This document shows positions 43,116 to 62,490 of a stretch of DNA of 64,000 nucleotides, one piece after another. The stretch lies in contig NW_024704743.1 in assembly GCF_018977255.1 (NCBI RefSeq), forward strand, positions 6,326,001 to 6,390,000, given 5' to 3'. Each line of letters begins with the position of its first letter. The first letter of the stretch is position 1. Origin of the DNA: Callorhinchus milii (taxonomy: Eukaryota). Both the position numbers and the translations under genes were made by a program. The notes under the pieces were generated by a model that was given only the letters and a program-made list of their open reading frames with translations, ran no database searches and had not been told where the DNA came from.

Positions 43116-45109
43116 ATGACACACAAGGGATCTCCTTCAGCAATGGTAGTTTCCTGCTTTTGAAACAAACAACAGCAGGAAGGCTGACATTTAAAGCTGC
43201 AGGAACCGGGTAACATGCAACAATATGATCTCCCCATCAGACAAGACTATCACATTAGCTACTGCTGCAATATCTACATCACTGATAGAGCTGATGTGAA
43301 TGATCTGAAATAAAATCTCTGGAATTTCTGCAATGCATGATCTGGTCATACCCCACAGGGCAAACCCTGGAGTAATTTGATCCACTGTTTTTTCAGATGT
43401 CCTGTATGCTATTACTCTAACAGATTTTGTGCCACTTTTCCCTCGAACTAGCTGAATGATCTGACGATAAATCTCACAGCAGCTACTGACCTCCTGCACT
43501 ACTGCTGTGCTGGTCTGGTCAGTCAGGTTTACAGTCCCCCACAGAAATAACACCTCCTCATAGCTATTCAGGTTGTGGACATTGTACTTTCTCAGAAGAT
43601 ACACAAGTTCTGTACCAGTGGAATTGTCGTGTTCCTGGTAAGGAATATATGTGGAATGACTGTGCAGGAACTTCTTGAGGCTTTCAGCCACTCCATAGTT
43701 ATCACCAAACACTCGTGATCTTGGGCCAGAAGCAAGATTTTTGCCCTCTTGAAGGTGAGAAATTTCTACCCAGATACTTTCATAGAACAAATCATTGATT
43801 CCTCCTCCATTGTTCACGGTTAGAAATGTGGTTCTGATATTTTTCAGTTCGGCAATGATTATGCCCTTTGTATCTGTGAAGCCCCCACAGACCTCTAGAT
43901 AATCTGGAATGATTTTACTGATCCTCAGATACATCAGCATTTCTTGTTGTAAAGGGCGATGAATAACCAAGCTCCCTACAGATGTGGGGAACCCCATGCT
44001 GGAGACTGCAGACATCATTGTTACAACAGCAGCCATTTGTAGAAAATAGTCTAAAATGATTGGGTGAAAGAAGTATTGATGAATCTATGACATGAGCTCT
44101 TCTGCATGTTATAACTTCCTTCAAATTCTCTCCATAGAAGATATCCCCAAGTTGCCTAAAAACTGATCCATACTGAAAGCCTAAGGAAGAGAGTTCTTTA
44201 CAGATGTCCTCTGGCATTGCTCGATTTACACCTTTGGAAAATTTGCTCAACCGAGATATTACTTTCATCAGTGACCTATAGTACCTCCCCTGTGGCACAA
44301 ATACCAGAAGATGATAAAATACTAAATTTGATCAGTTTATCTTCTCTGTTGAGGTGCACTTTGAGCTCAACTGAGTTCTGGTGGATTATACAAGGATTCA
44401 GAAACTTTGCACTGATCCGGCACAAAGTGAGTGGTACTTTTGGTTCAATACTTGCCAGGACGGAAGCCACACCAAGTTCTACATGAAAGGCACCGGGAAG
44501 CATAGGCACTCCATTGTTTTTGTGTTCAGCTACATAAGGTACTATGAATGTTGACAAGGTGAAGTTATATTCTTTGCCATCCTTGCTTACACTAGAGAGT
44601 AGGGGGTGATGGGAAGATAGCCTTCAGCCATTTTGCCCCCCTCTGGAGTTCCATCCACTAATCACTCTGCCTCGCCCCCTCCTTAGCCTCCTTGAAGTCC
44701 CGCCTCAAAACCCTCCTCTTTGACCATGCCATTGGCTACCCCCTCCCCTACCCTCTCCCTTCCTGACACCAGCTCAGGTCTGAAATGCTATCCAGCGACT
44801 TGGGACGTCCTCCCGACATGAAAGGTGCTATACAAATGTAATCTTGTTGTTGCTGTCTTTCAATGCCTATTAAAGCGATGAAAGAATAGAATTAGAGAAT
44901 GTTTAGACCACCAAAGGAAGCCAATACCTTCCTATTGCTATTAGCCCCCAAGTTCCTGTAGGGTCAAGGTATGATGACCCAGAGGTGACCATGTGTTTGA
45001 AAAGTGATTGGATGGACGATTTCAGGAATGTGATTGAATAATTGAATTGTGAACTCTAATTGGGCAATTCAGGTATCGGTATTATTTAAGAAATAATAAC
45101 GTTGAAAGG

Positions 45110-45894
45110 ATATGAGACTGAGTAGTTCGACATCAGGTAATCGACATGAAGTAAGGCAGGTCTGTCCCTTATCCCCCAACCGGTTTGTCTGCAGCATCGA
45201 ACCCTTTCCTCAGGCCATCAGGAGGGACAAGAGCATCAGAGGTGTCACCAACCCGGGCAGCCACGGTACACAACCCAAGGCCTCCCTGTATATGGATGAT
45301 GTCGCCATCTTTTGCACAGACCAAAACTTGGTCTCGAGATTGCTAGGCATTTGCAACCGTTTTGAGCAAGTCTCAGAAGCAAAGATCAACTGCCAGAAGA
45401 GCGAGGTGATGTATTTTGGAGACTGGAAAGAACGCAGTCACATACCAAAGTCCTCGGCGTCTAGATCGAGGCTGCCGGGGAGTGCCCAAAAAGCTGGGAG
45501 AAGAGTCTAGGTATAGTGAGGAAGAAATTGGTGATGTGGCACCAGCGCTCGCTATTCATCACCGGAAAAAATCTGGTGATAAAGTGTGAGGCCCTCTCAG
45601 TGTTAAAGTACTTGGCCCAGGTCTCGCCTTTGACCAAGAACAACGCCACTGCAATCACTAGACAGGTCTTCCATCTGAATTGGGGGTCCAAGATGGATCG
45701 TGTCCACAGAGACACGCTGCACAAAACGGAAAGGTGGGGGAAAGAGTCCCCAACGTAGCCCTGATCCTCATAGCCACATTTATGTGTAACTGCCCGAGGC
45801 TGTGCCTGGAGCCCTGCTACGATGGCACTAATGCCGCTATATGATGAGTTTCTACCTGTAACCGGTGCTAGGAAGAGTTTGATACTGCCTGAGA
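45110..45894 (+). mobile_element. Tx1/L1-clade LINE RT fragment, copy B
   Basis: Same as copy A with an extra 25-bp deletion near 45446. Confidence 0.85.
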
Positions 45895-48800
45895 TAAGCA
45901 TTACATTGACACGTGGTTCAATGATGCAGCTCACTCCTCCACAAACAGCCATCTCACAGTCACCTGAAAGAGCAAGGTGGGAATTTTAACCAGTGACTCT
46001 ATATAAACAGTGCCAGCTAAATAACAGTGCTTTAGAGCGTTAATATGGATTATTATAAGATAATGATTTCTGCAATACGATAGAGGCATGGCTTTCTTCT
46101 GCTGTTTGTACATTTGTCACATTAGCATAGAGATAACTCACCTATAATTTGAGGTGCTGAAGCTTTATATAAAAAAGGGGGCAGGTAAACAATTACCTAC
46201 CGGTTACCCGCTGTAGGTGGCTGTATTTACCTGTCCCTACCAGTTACCTCCCATGATGCTGTAAACTGTGCTTCATGATGTGTGTACAATGTATTGATGC
46301 AACCACAAAGGTGGTTTCTGGTACCTTGTTTGATGGCCTGAGAAGCGTAGTGTAGAGCGTCCAGAGATGAAGAGCACGCTGTGTCTATAGCCAGTGATGG
46401 TCCAGTAAAGTTGAAGGTGAACAAAATCCTATTTACAGCTATGCTCATTGCTGTACCAGTGCCATTATAATGGCTGATTCTGTTGGCTGAATTATTCATT
46501 ATCGCTTCAAAGTCTCGATTCATGAGCCCTAAAGAAAAGGAAAGAGACTGAAACTGTTCTTTTGGAGTGATAACTTTAGTCTATTCTGAGGCAATATTGA
46601 GTGAGATGTATTAGTGAATAGAAGAGTAGAATCATTTACATTTATGGCACAAAAGAAGGCCATTGTGTCTGTGCCGGCTCCCTCAAGAGCAATCCTTTCA
46701 GTCCCATTTGCCTGCGCTTCCCCCATAACTTTGCAACTGACTTTTTAAGATATTTGTCTAATTTCCTCTTGAAGGCCAATATGGATTGTGCTCTGGGCAG
46801 AATTGTATCAGTTCCTAACAACTCAAAAACTTTCTCCTTAATTCCCCATTTGCTCGTTTAATATCTTATATTGACGCTTTGAGATGTCTCAACGACATGA
46901 TGAGGCGCTATATCAAATGCAAGGATTATTTCTTAAATAATTTCTCCCTATTGACTATCAATCATCCGGATGAAGTTCCCCACCCCCTGCCTTGAACCCC
47001 TCTCCACCCAGCTGCTGGTCACTCAACTCCCCCACCTCTCCAACCTGCTCGCCGATACGGTTAACCAGTCTCTCTCCTCAGGCTCTGTTCCACTGCCTTA
47101 AAACTGCTGTAATCACACCCCTCCTCAAAAACCCACCCTTAATCCCTATAATCTCTCACACTATCATCCCACTGTGGAGTCCTGTATCTCAGTGGTTGGA
47201 GCACCCGCCTTGTAAGCGAGAGAACTGGGTTCTATTCCTGTCAAGACGAAATGTTGGGCAAGTTTCCTTACTCCACACGTCTGTTTACCAAGCAGCAAGT
47301 AGGAACCCAGTTGTTAGCCGATTGGCAGATCACTTTTCCAGGGATAATAATCCCTCAAGAAAACAAAACAAACCAATAATGATTTGGTCACTCAATCCAC
47401 AACTGATTGTGCGACACTGCTGTAAGCAATTAGCTGCCACGCTTCGCCCACAAATATACAGTTAATTCACCTTACAGTATATTCTGCGAAGCGCTTTGAG
47501 ACATCTAGAAGATGTGTAAAGCGCTTTATCAAATGCAAGGGTTATTATTATTAATCAAATTTTAAATACCTTTATCAGGTCACCCCACACTATTTTTTGT
47601 TCCAGCAGAAAAGTCTAAGTTCCTCCAGTCTCTGCTCATAGAACGAACCATTCATCTCTAGTATCATCCTAGTGTATCTCCTCTCTACTCTGTTTATTAT
47701 AATAATAATATAATAATAATCCTTGCATTTGATATAGTGCTTTTCACGTCGAGAAGACGTCCCAAAGCGTTTCACAGAACACACTAAAGTGAATTGACTG
47801 TATATTTGTGGGCGAACGCGGCAGTCAATTGCGCACAGCAGTGTCCCACAAACAGTCGTGGATTGAAAATGACCAATTTATTATTGTTTTGGTTTTGGAG
47901 GGATTATTATTAGGCTCTGTGTGGAGTAAGGAAACTTGCCCAAGGTTTCGCCCTCTGCCGGGAATTGAACTCAGGTCTCTCGCTTGCAAAGCGAGTGCTC
48001 TAACCACTGAGCTACAGTACTCCACAAATTCCCTTGATGTCTTTCCTAATATGATGTGACCAATACTGAACACAATATTCTATTTATTGTCTAACTAACA
48101 CTTTATATAAGTTATCATTACCTCTTTGCTTTTATATTCTATAGCCCTATTTATAAAACCTAAGAATCAATTAGCTTTTTTGAAAGTTTGTCCACCTGGG
48201 CATTGCTGTGTGCAGATTGGCTGCCACATTTGCCTATAAAATACAGTCACAACACATTACAATAAATCTTGTGAAGCTTTTTGCAATTTCCACCCAAAAT
48301 GAAAGGGTTTATACAAATACAACGATTGTTATTCTCATCAAGTTCAACAAAAATCTACTCCATCATAAAGTTCACCACAACCTCCCTTGGGCCAACAACC
48401 AAATGTGGTCCCCATCATCATTTTAATTGAAAATGAGTTCCAGCAATTACATGATGATGTAGTTATTCTATGAATTATGATAAATATTTCATGAACTGAC
48501 AAAATCATGTGGTTGAAAAATTGGCTATTATGTTGGGCAGCGGGCACCTACTCACCAATAAAAAACCCTGTTTTACTCCCACTGAGATCCTCCTTGGGCA
48601 TCCCTGCATTTTCAAGCGCTTTGTACGTGCACTCCAAGAGAAGCTTGTGTTGTGGATCCATGCAGTTGGCTTCTGTTTCATTTATGCCAAACAACTTATA
48701 ATCAAATAAATTGAACCTATTAATTGCAAAGAAATATGAAAGTTAGGCATATATAGATGCATTAACATTATTTTTTTTAAGTGCTTGAGGTTCAACATTT

Positions 48801-51800
48801 AATATTTTATTTAATCATTTTGTATGTAGCTTGAGCTCAAGCTGTCAGAGAACACTTCTTAGTCCAGGGCACACAAAGCATCCTGGAGTTCCCACATGGC
48901 ACACATTGTGAATGCAACCAGTCTCAGCTGCCCTGCCATATTCCCAGACATGTTTTAATATAAATATTATATAATTATGCACCTCTTTACCCCTTCCCAC
49001 CAAATTCCTTAACAGATTCTCCCTCTGTTCTCTCCTCATGCTGCTAGGCTTTCTGTTTAATTGAGACACTTACAAGTCTTCTTCTTTATAAAGGACTCAA
49101 ACAGAAACACCCAGTTTCAACTGGGCAGCATATCTTTTAATCTCGAACACCTGGCCTATGATTAACTGCAAATCACTTTGTTTGCTTGCTTGCATATAAG
49201 GTTGCCTCTACCTCATGATAGACTTCCCACTATTCTGCTGAATGAAAGAGTTCACTCTTGCTCTCTGGTATCTCACTTGCTCTCTCTCTCTTGTTGAAGA
49301 ATTCCCACTATCACCAAATTCCTTAACAGAATTCTCTCTCCATTCCACCTCCCTTGGTTCCCTCCTCATCTGATGGGCTCTCTGCTCGTGTGACAAACAT
49401 GAGACAAGTTGTGTTCTAGAAATTCTTGTAAGTAGTTATAATGTAAAATTGATCAGATAACTCATCCTGTAAGATGGCGTGTTGCAATGTAGAGGCCTCC
49501 TGCCCTATCCTATGACTGGTGTGGGCGCTCAGCAGAGGGTGGGCATGGATGCTCAGATGCTTTTCAGAGGTCTATTGGAGGGCCTAGATCTCTATTGATA
49601 CCATTGATGGTTGTATTCATGGCTTCCTGCCACGTCTCCTATCCTATTCTGTGACAAGATAGGGCGGGAGGCAACTGAACAGCCTTCTAATAAAAATGGG
49701 GGTGGGGGGTGAAGGGATTTATAGTTGAGATTGAGAACCTTGAACTCAATCCATTGAGAGCCAGGAGAGACTGGGTTGATGAACGATATGGAGTTTGGTG
49801 CAGGTGAGGATGTGGGCAGCAGTGTTTTGGATGAGAGTATCCACTCACACAAAAAAGTACTTGTTTTGCAGCAACAAATATTACTATTCTGAATCAATTT
49901 AAAAGATGTAGTTTGTAAGAATGCTGTGCATTACCCTTCAATGAGAGACGCTCGCTTTGTGCGCATTTTTCCAGGCTTGTTGTCATCGGGATCATGCCAG
50001 AATTGTGTATCAAAACGATCTGGTGGGATATCCACAACGCAGTTTCTTCCCTCATGAAGAACTTTCCAAAAGTGTTCAATGCCTTCCCCTGTACAGACAA
50101 CAAAAGAATCGAGAGAGAAAGCTCCTCCATTCTTAGAAATTATTCTGTAATGTATGTCATAATGTTAGTAAATGTGGATTGATACCACTGAGGTTTGTAA
50201 ATGATTTGTAGCTCCAGAACTCCCTCACTCTACCCTTCTATCTAGCCCCTCTCTATCTGTCTTCAAATCCTGCCTAACATCCTACCTCTTTGACCAAACC
50301 TATGATCACCTCCCCATCTTTCCTTCATTTGTTCAGCGTCTTTGGGAATTGTTCTGAGATGTTATGCAAATAATAATAAGAGCCCTTTTAAATGCAAGTT
50401 CTTGTTGTTACACCAGATACGGCTCCTGGAGAAGCGAGAGCGCAAGCTTTCCTTCTTCTTTTGTGATCCTGGACAGTAACTGGTAGCAGCTGTTCAACTA
50501 TAGGGTTAGCCCCACCTGAGCCTGACACAACCTAAATTTAACACAGCAACAAAGTCAGGACTAAAGATCTTAGTCCAGATTAACACACAAATGCAATGCT
50601 GGAGGAGTTTTCATTGTGGGAGGTGCCATGCTTTGAATGAGACGTTAAACCGAGATAATGTCTGCCTGCTCAGGTGGAAGGATCCCAAGGCACGATTCAA
50701 AAAAGAGAATGGAGTTTCTTCCGGTTTCTTGGTCTACAATTCCCAGATAAAATAATTGATCATTCACTTGATGTAGGATATTGCCATTCACAAATTGTCA
50801 AAATGGATTGTTGTTTCAGAGCCACCAGAGACACAATGAGCTGTATCCCATTGTCGAGACATCTCAAAGTGCTTCACAGAATGTGATGTGTAGTGACTGT
50901 TTGAAATGTGCTGACTATATTTTGTAGGCAATGTCCCACAAACAGCCATGAAGTGAATGACCAATTGTCGGTCAGTACACCAGAAGAAACTTACAATTTA
51001 CAATTTGATATTTGCAATATCAGGTTTTATTGGGAATTTTAAAAAAAACTTAATGAAATTTGTAGGAATCTCACAATTCAATATTTGCAAATGAAAGTTT
51101 CAATTAACCCACAACCAATCTCTGGGTTGAAATTATGGCATATTGGACCCCATTCTCACTAACTGTAGCTTCCTATCACTGCCCCAGTTGAAAATGAATG
51201 TTGTTACAGACTCCAAAAGTTCCTGCTAGATTCCATGTTGTTTTATTATTTATCATCATAACATCATTCTTTTCATCATTTTTATTATTGTTAAATCTTA
51301 AATTCCTACCTCCAGGAAAATTGCATCCAATTCCAACAATAGCTATTTCTTCGTTGCTTTCATCCATTTTTTTTTTGCTGTTGACACCTATTGCAAACTA
51401 ATGAAGGGAATCATAACACAAAAAGGAATCAAATATTTTGGGGTAAGTATACCAGGCTGAGCTAGGTTCAATCATTACAGCAATATTTAGGCAACGCTAT
51501 TAACAAGCCACAACATCTTTTACACCTGTACCATATTCCTGTAAAATCTTCTAGATTCACAATGTGAATGCAGATAATGCTGCGAGAGAAAGCATTTGTT
51601 TAAAGCCCACACATCCCAACAGTTTGCCATTGCAGAATGTTTTGCAGCATAAACATTATACCAAAAAATCTGAATTCTCTATGTGCCTCAGTCCAGTCCT
51701 TTATTTCCCAGCGCTGTTGCTGGAGGCAGTCAGGACGCAATGCCTCAATATAAACAGGGAGCGGCATTTCCCTTCACATCGAGAGGTGGTGTTCAGGGAA

Positions 51801-52726
51801 CTAACAGAAGCAGCGACAACATCAGGACAAATCTGAACAATTCCCACCACCAGAACCATAGCTCTCAACATATGTAGGTGGAGAGCACAGCCACACACTT
51901 CATATAGAGACGGGCAGTGGGAGCTCCAATGGGGTACATTTAACCTGGAGAGTGCTCAGTGCTAAGTCCCACACTGGAGTGTTGCATTTCACAGGACAAA
52001 CCTCTCACACTGATCAGAACGACACTAACTAGAAAAATAAATCAATGTAATTACTGCCCCTTTTCTACAAAGTATGTCACTCCTTTTGGTTACCAGTGTT
52101 TGTAAGTGAAAGCACACTTTTAGAGCACTTGTCTTGTTACTCATTCTTAAACAAACATCATCTTCAATCACGATAACTGCTCACGAACAAATAGAGAACA
52201 ATACAATTTACATTTACATTGAGCCTTTCAGTCGACAGGAGGACGTTTGAAAGAGTTTTATATTGGTTGGTCTCCCAAGATGAAGAAAAATAAACATGAA
52301 ACTATCCATGATTATTGCAAACTTGATAGCATTTTGAGTTGTATCATTTTACTATTTCCATCAAAGCTTCTTTTATTTTTTTAAAAAAAACTGAAAGTGA
52401 TGTTGATTTATGAAGATGAAATGCAGGAATGTATTAATCTAAAAGATAATAGTACTTTGCGGACAGAAAGTCCTTCAACGAAGAAAATTCCCGACGACAG
52501 CGACAGAAAGCCCGAAAGGGTCCACGTGGAAGCTTAACATAGTATTTTGAAATAAAGTGCAAGATTGCCATGAAGGAAATTACTCCATGTAAATCTTTTC
52601 CATCAACCAGCCCCTCGAAACATTCTGAATAAAGTTATAACTGATTTTGTTTTTAAAGCTCTTACCTCCTATTCTATTCTATCTCTGATTTTGCTGTCTG
52701 TCTTTGTCATGAGCATGAACTGGTTT

Positions 52727-52734
52727 CTTTTATA
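52727..52734 (-). promoter_or_regulatory. Putative TATA box of the PKS gene, copy B
   Basis: Same TATAAAAG and downstream donor (52666/52665) as copy A. Confidence 0.55.
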
Positions 52735-53393
52735 CTATTCCACAAATACTTATGTATGATCAGCATAATACCAACGACGGTAAGGAAATATGTAATTCTT
52801 ATTATTAATGTTATAAATGTTGCCCTTGAACATAACTATAATATCATAATCATAATAATAATATTAATAATAAACCTCAAATTTGATACAGCGACTTGTC
52901 ATGGCGTCCTGAGAAGTATTTATATGCAGTGATTAATTCATATTGTAATACAAGTGTATCCCTGACTGATAATGCACAAAGGGAAAACTGATACCAATCA
53001 AGTATTGGAGTGATAAAGAGTGTTGCGTATATGGTTTCTTTCAAGTTATTTTACGAGACAAACATTTTTGATTCTGCATATCAAATCATGAAAACTAAAA
53101 GAAAACTATATCTGGGTTTATCATTCTTGCTTTGTGTAGTCTGGTGTAGCAACAGTCAATATGATTTTTCCACGGAAGGATAATAATTATCAGTAACCTT
53201 GTATGTGTACACAGGGTGTGATGTTCACTGGGTTACAAGTCTCAGTTGAACATTAGTTCACAAACCGGAGGCACAGAGTCAGGGACCTGCCTTCAGTCGA
53301 ATGACACACTTCCTGTACAGGTGTTATTTTACACATCAATGTATTGGCTTTAATCCGAGAGAGCTTCAGTCTGCTGACTGCCCAGTGTAGACC
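52735..53393. promoter_or_regulatory. Putative bidirectional promoter region, copy B
   Basis: Near-identical to copy A intergenic spacer. Confidence 0.5.
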
Positions 53394-59177
<5,784 letters not shown>

Positions 59178-59189
59178 ACTGAAGATCTT

Positions 59190-59380
59190 CTCCCCCTCCC
59201 TTGCCTCCTTCAAGACCTCTTTTAAGATCCTCTTCTTCAACCGTGCCTTCGGTCATCCCCCTTACCCCCCGCCCTTCACCCTCCCTGATCCCGATCCCCA
59301 GCTCGGGTCCGAAACACTGATTGTCCAGTGCCTTGGGATGTCCTCCTGACGTGAAAGGAGCTATACAATTGTAATTTTCT
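59190..59380 (+). mobile_element. L2 3' end immediately downstream of the PTCHD3 stop (truncated at 26420 in copy A)
   Basis: SLASFKTSFKILFFNRAF and tail GGGATGTCC..GTGAAAGGAGCTATAC. Confidence 0.75.
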
Positions 59381-61602
59381 TCTGAACACCTGCCATGTAC
59401 GTTTTCATACTTAAACTACTCTTGGTTAAGACTAAACACATGAGAGAATCAACACAATGTTTTTATACATCATAATACTGCAATTGTTTTTACACTAGAC
59501 ACACGAGAGAATAAGATGGAAGTGTTTCACAGATATTTCACAACACCATGTAAAGTGTTGTGACTGCATTTTATAGACAAAATCCTATAAAATATTCTCA
59601 CGGAGCCCATGTTTTTTNGCTTATCACAGAAGCCCTTGTCCTCTTTATTTTCCCATTATTGTCTACCTGAGGTCCAAAATTTTCATGATTTTAATCTGAA
59701 GATCATTGTTTTAAAATGCAAGAACCTGCAGAATTTTTGAAGAAATAGAATATTCAGAACAACTGGTATTTAGATAGTGACCTTCACGCAAGTCAAATTA
59801 ATAAACAAAAATTAAATTAGATATTAAAATTCAGGTTTAATTTGTAATATGTTTTTTCTGCACGTTTTTTTAGGAACTGTTTCTCGACACAATTTTGAAT
59901 TTTAAGTCTTAGGGTGCTTTCTATTGTAAAAGACCTATTCCCTATCAAGTTTGTTTCGTTGAAACGGTGTATTATCTAGACTCCAATCTGCACATTTAAT
60001 ATTCTAAGGAAATGTTGACAAGTATATTACCGTCTCCCAAAGTTAATCGAAGCTAAAACTCTAGAATATCGACCTAACCATATCTCCTGAAACCATATTC
60101 ATGGAATTGTATCAAGAGCAGCTCAATATGTTAGTTCCAACTTTTGAACATTATCTGGAGTTATATTGTACACTCTACACTGCACTGATTTATGTATTTT
60201 GAAATGCAGAGGTTTTGTTAATCTTGTCAAGCATTTATAAGTGAATGCCAATGATACTGAGAAAACAGTGAATTTTGACTTTCTATCTACTATGAAAGAT
60301 TTGTATTATATGTAAATTATCTAAATCTGCTGATGATACCAGTCTGGGGCAGTTACACAGTAGCTGGAAAAACACAGAGGGATTGATTACTTCAGAAGTA
60401 GCCTCACAAGGCGAGCGTTCATTTCATGCAGATCAATTCCATTTGATGAGATTGAGGTCGGAGAATAAACAGTGGGAATACGAAATTAAGGATCTTGGTA
60501 GACAGGGGAGTAAACAAGAGAGGGATTTGTGGGACAGGTGGAGGCAGATTATGTCAGCCCTTTCATGAGGGATTTAGTAACTATTTGGCAAATACATTGA
60601 TTAAGGTATTTAAGAAATAGAGTAACATATGATTTTTTTTCCATGGGACTGGTCAGGTGGTCTTTTCGTATCCTGTCTACTTTTCTGCACTTAGATTCTG
60701 AATAACAATCAATGTTAAATCCATTGAATTCTGCTTGGGTGCATGTCTTTTTAAAGTTCTCTTTTTAATATTAATCTTTATACATGTTTCTATATATGTT
60801 TGTGTTCATTTGAAATTGTATGTCAAGAACATATTGTTCATTGTTTGTTGAATAAAAGCTTACGGAACAAAGATTCTTCCATTTTCACAGAAAGTTCTGT
60901 CTTTCTTCATCTCTGCAACATTGCTCATCTTTCTCCACTACCTAACACCAAATGCTGCCAAAATTCCCTTGCAGTGTGACAACCTAGTTTATAGCTTTAC
61001 TAGTTATCCCGTACGTTTACAATGAAGTGACTATGGTTATTTTACACAGAGTTAATGTTTAATATATCATGCTCCCAAACAACCTGGCTCCTTCATTTAT
61101 CTGTTCCATTAATTATTTTATGTAACCTTTACAAAATATCTCTGAAATATAACATTAGGAACATAAAGGTAAAACATTAACTTTTACTCGAGCTTATAAA
61201 TATTAATAACAATATTGATGGATTAGTTTGTCATAACTTTAAATGCTATAATTTCTATAAAATAGATTGTGCAACTGATATGGAGCCTAACCTGCCCACT
61301 TTCTATGGGATGTGAAACACAATGCTGTCCCTGCAACTGGTGTATCTTCCTCTTCCCCACCCTACACCCCCAGCACTCACGTCTTCTGCTTCTGTCCTCA
61401 CACTTTTACCCTCTTCTCTCTCCCGTCCCTCTCCACCCTCACAACCCACCTGAAACCTACCACTTGCTCCCTTGACCTCCTCTCCCCACCAAACTGCTGC
61501 ACTCCTAGCTGGTGGCTATAGTCAAGCTGTCCCTGTCTTCTGGCGCTGTCCCCTCTCCCTCAAAGCCACCGTCATCACCAACAACAGTAACAGAGGTTAT
61601 AC

Positions 61603-62490
61603 CTTTAAATGGAAAATGATTTCAATGTAGAAAAGTGTGAGGTGGTACATTTTGGTAGAAGGAATAAGGAAGTCACATACATCCTGGAAAATAAAAACCT
61701 AAATGGGGTAGAGGAGCAAAGGGATCTAGGGGTACACATACACAATTCACTGAAAGTAGCATTGCAGGTTAATAAGACCATAACAAAGCAAACCAGGCAT
61801 TGGGGTTCATTTTTAGAGGGATAGAAATGAAATGCAGGGAAGTGATGGTAAACTTCTCTAGAACCTTGGTCAGACCACACTTAGAATACTGTGTGCAGTT
61901 CTGGTCCCCACATTATAGAAGGGATGTAGAGGCACTGGAGAGGGGGCAAAGGAGATTCACAAGGAAGATCCCCGATCTGAGAGGTTATACGGATCTGGAA
62001 AGGCTGAACATTCAGGGCAGGCTCGAGGGGCCGAATGGCCTACCCCTGCTCCTACTTCCTATGTACTTGGACTGTTGTGTCTTGAAAAGAGGAGGGTAAG
62101 GGGTGACCTGATAGAGGCCTTTAAAATGATGAGAGGTTTTAATAGGTTAGACATAGGGAAGATGTTTCCACTTGTGGGGGAGACCAAAACCAGGCGCCAT
62201 CAATATAAGATAGTCACAAATAGATCAAATAGGGAAGTTAAAAAAGAAATTTCTTCTCACAGAGAGTAGTGGGAATGTGGAACATACTACCCACAAGGAG
62301 TTGTTGAGGCAAGTAGATTAGATGTATTTAAGGGAAAACTAGAGAGGTACATGAGGGAGAAAGGAATAGAAGGTTATGCTTGAAGACTTAGTTGAGGAAG
62401 GGCAGGAGGAGGCTCATGTGGAGCATAAACACCGGCGTAGACCAGTTGGGCCGAATGGCCTGTTTCTGTGCTGTATATTCCAATATATTC
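61603..62490 (+). mobile_element. CR1 LINE 3' fragment (unit B)
   Basis: Counterpart of 27380-28265. Confidence 0.88.

Larger units (their letters stand above)
41039..51367 (-). pseudogene. Type I PKS pseudogene, copy B
   Basis: KS exons 51367-51310, 50088-49935, 48716-48556, 46528-46325 and 45963-~45895; DH and linker 44617-43122; KR 41580-41386; ACP 41275-41039. Same lesions as copy A plus a 753-bp deletion removing the AT remnant, and SSSLV>SSSLD next to the KS active site. Confidence 0.92.
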
